DNA of 61,756 bases, the filler included, from Chiloscyllium plagiosum (taxonomy: Eukaryota), in the NCBI RefSeq assembly GCF_004010195.1. It is 3 parts of one record of this genome, joined end to end, with 100 filler letters (N's around TTAATTAATTAA, not from the genome) between each part and the next. Parts side by side here need not be neighbours in the genome. Positions count along the whole stretch, not along the records: positions 1 to 26,287 come from NC_057710.1; 2 more parts are not named here. One strand, written 5' to 3'. The stretch's first letter is position 1; each line of letters starts with the position of its first letter. The notes below the pieces were generated by a model. The model searched no databases and was not told where the DNA came from. It worked only from the letters and a program-made list of their open reading frames with translations. A program made the translations under genes and the position numbers. Positions 1-10,988 of this stretch are shown one piece after another.

Positions 1-420
1 GGTGCCGGACCTCCCCCATGTTTTTATGAATGAAACAATTGTAACAGCTTTCCTCGATAGTTGAGAGACCGTCCTTAACCACAGTTGTACAACATCATCC
101 ATATAAGGAAAGAACGGGGAGCTCGAACACTGATTGGCCAAGTGAATAACAAAATAATCGCAGGCACCAGAACCCAAATAAGGAAAACAGTGGGGAACCC
201 TAGCACTCGTTGGTCAAGACAGCAGTAGGAGACCCAGCCCACATATACGTGTATATAATGCGTGGAGATTACTATGCTTGTGTGTGTACCCACGGGAACA
301 ACACCCGACTTTGCAAAGTTGAATGAAAAGTTTTGGACAGACTCCTCCGTGTCTTTGTTCCTGGGAAGGGAAATAAAAGTGCCGGAGATGGGGCCGGACA
401 GCCGCATATCTCGCACAATA

Positions 421-492
421 ATGTCCTTAGAACATTAGCCTGGGGTCTGGATTGCTAGTCCAGTGAATTTACCACTATACCTGTACCTCCCC
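421..492 (-). mobile_element. 5' head fragment of the tRNA-derived SINE family seen at 535-826 and 47384-47735, cut off abruptly at about 420
   Basis: atgtccttagaacattagcctggggtctggattgctagtccagtg...cctcccc is the reverse complement of that SINE head and matches the copy at about 19340-19412. Confidence 0.65.
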
Positions 493-534
493 AAAAGATA
501 GAAAGTTCATAAGTCGCTGAGTAAGCAGTGATTA

Positions 535-826
535 GGCGATGGCCTAGTGGTATTACCACTGGGCTGTTAATCCAGGTAGCATCCTGGGGACCCATGTTTG
601 AATCCTGCCATGGCAGATAGTGGAATGTGAATTCAATAAATATCTGGAATTAAGAATCTAATGGTGACTGTGAGTCAATTGTCAGGAAAAAAAGACATCT
701 GGTTCACTAATGTCCTTCAGTTGCCTTACCTGTCTGGCTGACGTGAATCCCACAGCAATGTGGTTGACTCTTAATTGCCTTCTGGGCAATTGCCCAGCCA
801 GTGATACCCTTATCCCATGAATGAAC
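535..826 (+). mobile_element. tRNA-derived SINE (family B), sharing its 3' tail with the LINE at 41450-43255
   Basis: A-box-like tggcctagtgg, degraded B box gtttgaatcc, body colinear with 47384-47735, ends atcccatgaatgaa. Confidence 0.75.
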
Positions 827-889
827 CAAGGGGAAAAGAGTAACAGCAAGCCCTAAATAAAATGCAGATAGAGCCAAGCATTTAACAAA

Positions 890-1250
890 GCTCATTTAAA
901 ACTTTACAAAGTTAAAGAGCTAGACAAAGTCGATCAGAAAGAATGTTTTCCTAACTGGGGCATCTAGTACCAGGCACAGGCTCAGAATAGGGTACAATTA
1001 AATCTGAAATGAGAAGGAACTCCATCATTAAGAGGTAAGTAAATAGATGAAATACTCTATTCCAGATGGCTGCAGAAACTCCATCAATATATATACAAGA
1101 CAGAGCTTGATGGATTTAGAGGTACTGATGATATCAAGAGATAAGGGGAGAACATGGAAAAAAGACAATGAGGTAGATGATCAGCCCCCATGTAAAGAGG
1201 GAGCGGGCTTGGGGGACTGAATAACCTCCTCTGCCCCAATGCTCCCAAAC
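890..1250 (+). mobile_element. Old degraded CR1 3' fragment
   Basis: Residual CR1 ORF2 C-terminal and 3'UTR motifs (gaaatgagaaggaac, gagcttgatggattt, gatcagcc). Confidence 0.55.
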
Positions 1251-1988
1251 CCAGGAGGAGAAACAGTTCAGAGATTGAACACATCACTGGGCAATATATC
1301 ACATGGGTCACAGACAACGAGAAAAAGATCAAGAAAGTAGAAGTCGAAAAACGCATCGGAAATGAAAATATGAAGAATAGAATGAATGGTGTGAACAAAG
1401 TGTAAAAGTAAAGTTTAGTTATCACATATCAAACAAAGAAAGAAAAAATGAAAAAAACAATGAAAGCAGAAAAGGAGAAAGGACAGCATGTTGTGGGTAA
1501 AGAGAATCAAAAGAGGAAGAGAAAGGCAAAAAAAAAGCTAAAAAGAAACAGAATTCAAAGCCTGGCTACATGAAAGAAGGTACATTTTGCCTCGAGATCT
1601 TCCTTATTATCCAGTGTAACTTCAGCAGAAACCCTCTTTATGATGTTACTCAAGAGTGTCCTCAGATTTTCTGCTCCAGTTAAAGATTATCATGAAATCA
1701 TTTTTTTTTCATTGTAGATGGTCAAAGAGACCTACATCACATCCCCTAAAATGGAGTTACTTATAGCATCAAATTAAGATTGATTTGCAGTACAGAATGA
1801 ACTTGATTTGTCTTTGTTTTTGTTTTAGTCAAGAATAGTCAGTGAAAACATAATGAAGATAGAGTGTACATAAAACTACACCTTGTTTGTCTCTGGAACA
1901 GAATTCTGAGGACAGACCTGCAGTCAGAGGTCTATTTATATTTTCATTTTCAGCCAGCAGTATTATTTTGCACCACAAGACTGCAACA

Positions 1989-2002
1989 GTTGTCATGGCA
2001 AC
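1989..2002. promoter_or_regulatory. RFX X-box-like palindrome GTTGTCATGGCAAC
   Basis: One mismatch from the perfect palindromic X-box GTTGCCATGGCAAC, in non-repetitive sequence; function not shown. Confidence 0.35.
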
Positions 2003-2827
2003 CAGATCATAAACTTCATAAATATATTATCTTGTTAGACTTTCTGCCATGCAAAAGGCAGCAGAGAGTCTGCCCTGGATTTATCGCAGTTTAAATTTAT
2101 TTGTTTATCTGCGCTTTGGAACTTTGGTTTAAAATAAATAAATCAACCACAAAATAAATCAGTGGACTCCTGTTGTGTGAAGTTTGAGTGTGTAAGCTCA
2201 AGTATGTATTAAATAAATTTGAAATTTGAGGTATTACAGTAGATTCCAGGCCACACAGACACTGTACCTTCAAGATAGTTACATGGCATCATGATATTTG
2301 ATATTCCCATGTAAGACACAACTTGCCTTCAGTCACACTTTCTGTGTAATGGAGTCAGTGTAGATGATGAGCTACGATGTACAGTGACATCAGTAAGTAC
2401 AGAACCCAGACTGTGTGTGTAAGACTGTGATATCAAAGCATTGCAAAACTGACATAGTATCACATCTTTAGAAAACATGTTTATCCTCATATGTTCTACA
2501 TTTTGAGACCGAGATATCTCCTCTTTGGGTACCTTCTTCACAAAAACAACACCATACATTTTGCAGATAGAACACCAACACATTTTGAATCCCTCAAAAG
2601 TGTAATATCATTCAGTGAGTATATACTTCATTAGTATGATCTCACCATATTGAAAGTCTCAGACATTGTCCACACCCAGATGAGAAGCTCGCTGTGATTA
2701 GTTTGAATCTCCTAATGATTCAGGATTACAAATCCAGCATTAAAAGAGAAACTCTTGCTCTTTTTGTTAGGTCAGGCACAGTACACTGTTTGTACCATAA
2801 AATCCCATGATCTTTAAAGTTCGACAT

Positions 2828-2930
2828 TCTGAGGAAGGGTCAGTGGGCCTGAAACATTAACTCTGGTTTCTCTTCACAGATGATGCCAGATCTGCTGAGC
2901 TTTTCCAGCAATTTCTGTTTTTGTTTGTGA
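2828..2930 (+). mobile_element. Penelope-derived short repeat with degraded hammerhead motif
   Basis: ctgaggaagggtcagtgggcctgaaacattaac...gatgatgccagatctgctgagcttttccagc, same family as 21975-22075. Confidence 0.6.
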
Positions 2931-3299
2931 TCACTAAAGACAAGGTGACTTGTCAAGTTTTTTGGATAGCTATGTTAAATCTACATGTTATTACTCAATG
3001 CAACAACTGATCCTTATTGATAGCTCTTATGCTTTTGGAGACATACAGATCCATACAGTTCTTCCCTCCAATACTCTCAGCATCCAACAAAATGTGAAAA
3101 GGATGAAGGTCTTATGCCTGAAACATTGACATACCTCCTCCTTGAATCCTTCCTGACCAGCTGTGATTTTCCAGTGCCACACTTTTTAACATAGAACATT
3201 ACAGTGCAGTACAGGCCCTTCAGCCCTCGATGTTGCACCGACCTGTGAAGTTAATCTGATGCCCATCTAACTAAACTGTTCCATTATTATCCATATGTA

Positions 3300-5990
3300 T
3301 GTCCAATGCCCATTTAAATGCCGCTAATGTCGGCAAGTCTACTATGGTTGTTCCACGCCTCTATTACTCTCTGAGTAAAGAAACTATTTCTGATATCTGT
3401 CCTAAATCTATCACCCCTCAATTTAAAGTTATGTCCCCTCATGTTAGCCTTCACCATCTGAGGAAAAAGGCTCTCACAGTTCACCCTGTCTAACCCACTG
3501 ATTATCTTATACGTCTCAATCAAGTCACCTCTCAACTTTCTTCTCTCCAGTGAAAACAGCCTCAGTTCCCTCAGCCCTTCCTCATAAGACCTTCCTTCTA
3601 TTACAGGCAACAGACTAGTAAATCTCCTCTGAACCTTTTCCAAAGCTTCCTCATCCTTCCTATAATGCGGTGACCAGAAATGCACGCAATACTCCAGGTG
3701 CAGCCTTACCAGTGTCCTGTACAGCTGAAGCATGACCTCGTGGCTCTGAAACTCAATCGCCCTACCAATAAACACCAACACACCATGTGCCTTCTTAACT
3801 TCCCTATCAACCTGGGTGGCAAATTTCAGGGATTTATGCACCTGGACACCGAGATCTCTCTGTTCATCTACACTGCCAAGAATTTTACCATTAGCCCAAT
3901 ACTCTGCATTCCTGTTAGTTCTTCTGAAGTGAACTACCTCACACATTTCCGCATTAAACTCCATTTGCCACTTCTCTGCCCAGCTCTGCATCTTATCTAT
4001 GTCCCTCTGTAATCCATAACATCCTTCGGCACTACCCACAACCCTTTCTACTTTAGTGTCATCTGCAAATTTACTAACCCACCTCCAGATCAATTATAAA
4101 AATGACAAACAGCAGTGGCCCTAAAACAGATCCTTGTGGCACACCATTGGTAACTGAGCTCCAGGATGAATATTTTCCACCAACCACCACCATCTGTCTT
4201 CTTTCAGCTAGCCAATTTCTGATCCAAACTGGTAAGTCACCTTCAATCCTGAAACTCCTTATTTTATGCAATAGCCTACCGTGTGGAACCTTATCAAATG
4301 GTTTACCGAAGTCCATATATACCACATCAACTGCGTTACCTTCATCCATCTGTTTTGTCACTTTCTCAAAGAACTCAATAAGGTTAGTGAGGTATGACCT
4401 ATCCTTCACAAAACCGTGTTGACTGTCCCTAATCAAATTATTCCATTCCCAATGATCATAAATCCTATCTCTCATAACCTTTTCCAACACCTTACACACA
4501 ACAGAAGTAAGGCTCACTGGCCTATAATTACCAGGTTGTCCTGACTCCCCTTCTTAAACAAGGGAACAACATTTGCTATCCTCCAGTCTTCTGGCACTAC
4601 ACCTGTCGACCATGATGACATAAAGATCAAAGCCAAATGCTCTGCAATCTCCTCTCTGGTTTCCCAGTGAATCTGAGGATAAATCCCATCCGATCCAGGA
4701 GTCTTATCTATTTTCAGATCTTCCAAAAGTGCTAAAACCTCCTCTTTGTCAACCTTAATCCCACCTAATCTTGTAGCTTGTATCTCACTAACATTGCCCT
4801 TTTCCAATGTGAATATGGATGAAAAGTATTCATTAAGCACTTCCCCTATATCCTCAGATACCACACACAACTTTCCACTACTATCTTTGATTGACCCTAA
4901 TCTTACTCTAGTCATTCTTTTACTCCTGACATGTCCATAAAAGGCCTTAGGGTTTTCCTTGATCCTATACGCTAACAATTTCTCATGTTCCCTCCTGGCT
5001 CTTCTTAACCCTCTCTTTAGATCTTTTCTGGCTAACCTATAACTCTCAAGCCCCCTAACTGAGCCTTCACTCCTCATCCTCACATAAACCTTCTTCTTCC
5101 TCACATAAACCTTCTTCTTCCTCTTGACAAGAGCTTCAATTTCTTTAGTAAACCATGGATCTCTCTCTCGGCAACTACCTCCCTGCTTGATAAGTAGATA
5201 CTTATCAAGGACCCTCAGTTCCTTGAATAAGCTCCACATTTCAAATGTTCATCCCTGCAATTTCCTTCCCCATCCTATGCATCCTCAATCTTGCCTAATC
5301 ACATCATAATTGCCTTTTCCCAAGTTATACCTCTTTCACTGCGTATATACCTATCCCTGCCCATTGCTATTGTAAACATAACTGAATTATAGTCCAAAGT
5401 GCTCACCTACCTCCAAATCTAACACCTGGCTGGATTCATTCCCCAGTACCAAATCCAACATGGCATCACCCCTTGTTGGCCTGTCGACATACTGTGTCAG
5501 AAAACCCTCCTGCACACATTAGACAAAAACTGACCCATTCTAAACTACTTGAACTATAGTATTCCCATTCAATATTGGGGAAGTTAAAGACCCCCCATAA
5601 CAACTACCCTGTTACTCTCCTATCGCGAATCATCTTTCCTCTACATCCCTGGCACAATTCGGAGGCCCATAGAAAACTCTCAACACAGTGACCTTTCCTG
5701 TTTCTAACCTCAGCCCAAACTGCCTCACTGGATGAATCCTCAAGCATTATCTCAGCTGCTGTAATACTACCCTTGATTAACAATGCTACACTCCCACTTC
5801 TTTTCCCATCCTCTCTGTTCTTACTGAAGCATCTAAATCCTGGAATCTGCAACAACCATTCCTGTCCCTCCTCTAGCCATGTCTCTGAAATGGCCACAGC
5901 CTCAAACTTCCAGGTACCAACTCATGCTGCAAGTTCACCCACCTTATTCAGGATGCTCCTGGCATTGAAGTGCACACATTTCAAACCAAC
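3300..5990 (-). pseudogene. CR1 ORF2 (APE endonuclease plus reverse transcriptase), frameshifted
   Basis: AISETWL endonuclease motif; [50 protein letters not shown] and HLEYCVHFWSP spread over several frames. Confidence 0.93.
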
Positions 5991-6099
5991 ATCCTGATTG
6001 CCAGTGTCCTCTCACGACCTTGTAAACCTATCCCTAACCTCACCGTCTCAAACTGTACACTGGAACTACAATTCAGGATCCCATCCCCTGCTGCATTAG

Positions 6100-7011
6100 T
6101 TTAAACCCACCCGAAGAGCATTAGTAAATTCCCCCTCCTCCCTCCCCAGGATATTGGTACCCCTCTGTTTCAGGTGAAGACCATCCTGTTTATAGAGGTC
6201 ATACCTTCCCCAGAAAGAGCTCCAATTATCCAAGAATCCAAACCCTTCCCTCCTGCACATCCCTGCAGCCACGTGTTCAACTCTGCTCTCTCCCTGTTCC
6301 TCACTTCACTAACATGTAACACGGGCAACAAACCAGAGATAACAACACTGTTTGTTCTTGCTCTAAACTTCCATCCTAGCTTCCTGAATTTTTGCCTTAG
6401 ATCCCCACCTTTCTTCCTACCTATGTCTTTGGTGCCCATGTGGACCATGACTTGGGGCTGCTCCCCCTCCCCACCAAGGATCCCGAAAACACTATCAGAG
6501 ACATCACCAACCCTGGTACCTGGGAGGCAACACACCAATCCTGAGTCTCTCTCGTTCCCACAAAACCCCTATCAGACCCGCTAACTATGGAGTCCCCAAT
6601 GACTAAAGCGCTGCTCCTCTTCCCCCTTCCTCTCTGAGCAACAGGGACAAACCTGTGCCCCATTCTTTCTCACGGTAAGTCGGCCCCCTCCAACAGTGTC
6701 CAAAATGGTATACATGTTGAGGGGAACCACCACAGGAGTTCTCTGCACTGCCTGCTGGTTCCCTTTCCTACCCCTGACGATAACCCATCTACCTTCTTCA
6801 CATGGTGTGGAGTAACTACCTCCCTGTAACTCCTCTCAATACTCCCCTCTACCTCCTGAATGATCAGAAGTTCATCCAGCTCTAGCTCCAGTTCCCTCTC
6901 GAGGAACTGGAGTTGGGTGCACTTCCCACAAATGAAGTCAGCAGGGACACTAGTGGTGACCCTTACCTCCCACATACTGCACGAAGAGCATTCAACTGTT
7001 CTAGTCTCCAT
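6100..7011 (-). pseudogene. CR1 ORF1 (zinc finger/leucine zipper plus SGNH esterase), frameshifted
   Basis: METRTVECSSCSMWE...FICGKC, LVIGDSIV, VCCLPG, VHMGTKD, VVISGLLP. Confidence 0.9.
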
Positions 7012-7561
7012 TCTCCCTATTCTAAATTCCCAAATAAACTGCCGGAAAAAAACAAACAAATGAAACACGAAATAAAACATTTGTCACCTTACCAGCCAAC
7101 ACACAGAACTTTGTTTTTGGTTAGAGGAGGAGGATGGGTGGGAGACACTACCCAAGTAGTGCTTCGTATAAAGCAACCGCTCAAGCATGTGACCTCTCCC
7201 AACTGCGTCCAGAAACTAAAGAAAAACTGGAACTAAGAGAAAATTAAATTGTATACACACGTATCCCGACAGGCTCCGCTGCTCCCTGGAGACCTCGTGA
7301 CCTCTCCGACTGTATCCAGGAACTTTTTGACTGACTCTCCTGCATCTGCAGTCCTCACTTTCTCCCACCCAACAAAATGTGCATGGCATATTCTTGGAAA
7401 GGGAACGAATGGTACACGAGTATGATCAATGAGCATGCAGCCAGTTATCCCAACCATACTAGTATGAGGCTTTCACATGAACATGCACACACATAGGAAA
7501 TACAACCTAGATCCTATAATGTGATAATGAAAAATGACAAAGTCTTGGACAGAAATAGATG

Positions 7562-7905
7562 ACATGGTGGCTCAGTGGTAAGCATTGCTGCCTCACAGCA
7601 CCAGGGACCTGTGCTCAATTCCAACCACAGGCAACTATCTGTGTGAAATTTGTACATTCTCCCTGTCTGTGTAGGTTTCTTCCTGATGCTCCAGTTTCCT
7701 CCCATAGTCTAAAGGTTAGATGAATTTGGCCATGCTAAATTGCCCATAGTGTTCAGGGATGTGTATGTTAGGTGCACTACTCAGGGTAAATGTAAAGTAA
7801 TAGGGTAGGGGAATGAGTCTAGGCGGGTTACTCTTCGGAGGATCGATGTGGACTTGTTGGGTAAAATGGATTGTTTCCACACTCTAGGGATTCTATGATC
7901 CTATA
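7562..7905 (+). mobile_element. HE1-type V-SINE
   Basis: tggctcagtgg A box and V-core; colinear with 44676-45003. Confidence 0.85.
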
Positions 7906-10900
7906 ATATATTATCAACATCACAAAAGATGATCGCTCAGGTACAGAATACATCATTCCAAACAACAACATACAAGAAATGATTCTCATCCAAAAGGTGA
8001 CACTCTGCCAATCATAATAACTGTGGAAGGACTAGGTCAAGTCATATGGTACTTCCACTAAGCTGTTGTCTGAATGTATGGAGACATTTAAATGTATGGA
8101 GACATCCTTGCATGTGTTATCTGATAAAGGTTCCTTTTCTTTAAATGGAGAAGGGCAGGATGTAGTTTTACAGTACAGTTTTCCTGACCATCCAGGCATT
8201 GTATCTTTAAGACAGTTATGTGGCATCACATGATATGATACTCCAGTATAACCATACCAAATTTATCTTGAGTTATGTTCTCTGTGTTACAGAATCGTGT
8301 GAGTCAGTCAGCTATATATGTGCCAATAATGTATAGTAACATCAGGAAAAACAGAATCCAAACTGTGTGTGAAGGTCTATGTATTAGAGACTCCTAAGTC
8401 ATTAATGCTGTAAATAAATTTCAGATACCTGATCAAGAAGAACATGGTTATCTATGATATATGTTATGCAGACTTACATTAAAAAATATGTATAACTATT
8501 AAATAACGCATGCCACATTACCATATAATTACATTTTTAAAGTGTATGTGCTTCAAAAATTCAAAGTTTACGCATTTATTAAAAACAGCATTTTGGATTA
8601 AATTATTTATTTTATTATTTTAACTTGTATAACATATTTACTGCTTTCATTGTAATTTCTTATCACCATGAAAATTAACCATTGTTGTAGAGTAGAACAT
8701 TTTCTCATACAGGAATAAATTTTTCACAGTGGAAGTTATCCAGCTGTCTGCCTTACAAATCAGGAGTTAGCCCAGGACCCTTTCTCCAGGAAACCGTGAT
8801 TAGAGTTGACATCATCAGGGAGTTCATTACCAGAGATCATATCATCCAGATCAATGCATCTCACCCTCAAGAGTTAGGAACTAATCAGAGCCCAACAGTC
8901 TCCATTCTCACCAACACCATCAGGAATAGTGACCATTTATGGGATTTGCAATCACTCCCTGGCCAGGCCCTGCGATGGTGGTTAAATAATTAAATACATG
9001 GGATGGTTTTGCTGATGCCTGTCTAGTAGGGTCCAGAGAAGTTGGTGAGAAGGAATGATCAGGAGGCTAGCAGGAGACATGCGGGCACAGCTGTTGCCAC
9101 TTTGGGGCTTTCTTTAGGGCTCAGGATATCCAAAGAGCGATGTCACAACAAGCCTACAGCCAGGCCACCAGACTTACCTGGCAGCACGACTTTATGGCAT
9201 GGGCTCCTCACCATCATTAAAATATCAGCAGTCGTGAGAGGATTAGTCCAAGAACAGGCTGACTGCCAATCACCCATCCCATCACTGGGAAATGGGTAGG
9301 TCACAGGGCCCAGTCACCTGATTTTATCCCAATTCCTGCATCTGTAATGTGTTCTGTCCAATGTCTTTTAGACCTCCAACTCCCACATTTTATTTACACT
9401 CAGCGTTCTTATAGATTAAAAGAGCAAATGTGGCTTAGGGTTACTTATAAAGGCTGAAAATCATACTGAGACTATCATCATTGATATCCCTAGTAACCTC
9501 TTATAATCTTTATATATTAATGTGGTAATCTGCTGCAAATCATAGAATTATAGAATAATGCAGCACAGAAGGAGATTTATCTGTTCCATCATGGTTCTAC
9601 TAATTCTTTGAGACAGCTGGTAGATTACACCCATGCTCTTTTTGCATAAGCCTGATGTCTTTGCTTTTCTAGAAATTTACTCATCTCTCTGGTTCAATCA
9701 TCTTTTTAAGCAGTGCTTTCCTAATCAGAACTAGTCAACTTTATGCATGGAATACAATTGGGGTGGGATGTTAAACCAACGCTGCTCTCAATCTTGTAAC
9801 TATCTCACTCGGCGGCTGAGCTAAAATTGCCTATACTGTTTCAAGAGCAGAAACTAGTTCTTCCGCAAATATCAGTCCAATATTACTCCATCCCCTTATA
9901 CTCATTTTCAGTGGTTATCTATAGGGAAAAGTTATATTCTAAACTTGCTTGGAGCTGTTCAGTGGGGTGGGAGTGCATTGGATTGGCTTTGGAAAAATCT
10001 GGGTTCTTCAAAAGTTCTAGAGAAAATGCTGAGTCTGGGTTATATGGAAGATTACTTTTCTTTTTAAACATACTGCTAAAAATTTATAACATTAAGCTTA
10101 GCATTGTGCTGGTCACAGAGTCATCTCTGTCGGTCGATGAGGTGGGCCCAGTGGCGAGAGACTCTGATATTGGTGAGTTCAGTGCAGGTGGCAGTGAAGC
10201 AGTGACAGAGGAGAATCATCCCGGGGTGAAAGATGGCATCTGAAAAGTGGCAGCTTCAGTGTTGGTTGAGTCTGGTGTAGACGGCAGCAAGGCAGTAGAG
10301 GAGGAATGGCGGTGCAGGCTTGTTGATGATGAGCTGGCTCAGGACTGAGGGACTGTCTTTAAACTATATTGTTCTGTATTTTTCTTATTCTTAAAACTAT
10401 TCAAAATGCTGCCCGATCATAGTGACAGTGGAAAAGCTTTTCCCTGTGTTTTGCTGTGTTTTTCTCACTGTAAAATACACATGACAATAAAATCATGCAT
10501 TCAATGTCTACTGTCATGAGCTAAATCACTATTTTTATAGGTTATCTATTTACATGTTTAAGTTTTGACCTTTTACTCTGCAGACTGGAACTTGCATTCA
10601 TAGACTCACCCAGCCATATGATTCCAAAACTTGGGGATGGGTCATTTAAGTAACTGCGATGGATATCCATGAATGCAACAATGCAGCAAACACATCTGTT
10701 TTGATTGGTGATGGAGCAGTACTCCTGAATCGACACGATGCTCCTTATTGGGTTGAATATCAGGGGGTGAAAAATATTCTTACCTCATGTGAAACAAGGG
10801 GCAAATTTGTTAATGAATCCCTGTGGGATTCATTAGCTTTGCAGTTTTACTTATTGGGTCTACTGGGGGCCGCTGAGTGAACTCTCAGGGTCATCTAGGG

Positions 10901-10988
10901 TAGACAGACTCACATTCAGATATTGATTTGAACATAATGGTCTAAAAGCCCTCCTGCATCACAATACTGACACATTAGGTTATCTATT

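Larger units (their letters stand above)
3191..7321 (-). mobile_element. Full-length decayed CR1-clade LINE (HER1-like)
   Basis: 5'UTR, ORF1, ORF2 and gttctat-type 3' tail all present; near-TSD actttttaac (3181-3190) / actttttgac (7322-7331). Confidence 0.93.
3097..7368. mobile_element. Penelope-derived short repeat split into 3097-3190 and 7322-7368 by the CR1 insertion
   Basis: 13-bp TSD ccaacaaaatgtg at 3084-3096 and 7369-7381; the joined halves match the reverse complement of 61546-61671. Confidence 0.8.
2227..8500 (+). mobile_element. Ancient, internally deleted Gypsy LTR retrotransposon interrupted by younger insertions
   Basis: Diverged direct repeats at about 2227-2440 and 8161-8390; purine tract ggagaagggcagga directly before tgtagt at 8161; pol remnants HFESLKSVISFSEYILH*YD (from 2581), FGDIQIHTVLPS (3034-3069) and PRSYNVIMKNDKVLDRNR*H (7506-7565). 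Confidence 0.75.

Noticed and set aside
1084..1425. Hydrophobic ORFs resembling membrane proteins (also 26011-26343, 32395-32843, 32975-33217)
   Set aside because: Products of purine- or pyrimidine-rich low-complexity tracts and decayed repeats
5080..5121. 21-bp tandem duplication giving RKKKVYV twice; also (aatgaaagcc)x3 near 53100, (GCTA)n near 38795 and (ATCCC)n near 58170
   Set aside because: Ordinary slippage or microsatellites; no regularly spaced repeat-spacer array, so not CRISPR-like
3314..5239. Longest ORFs (259, 147 and 241 aa) as a host gene or active reverse transcriptase
   Set aside because: They are frameshifted pieces of one CR1 ORF2
10659..10880. 73-aa plus-strand ORF starting with ATG in unique sequence
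   Set aside because: No recognisable domain or supporting splice or promoter context
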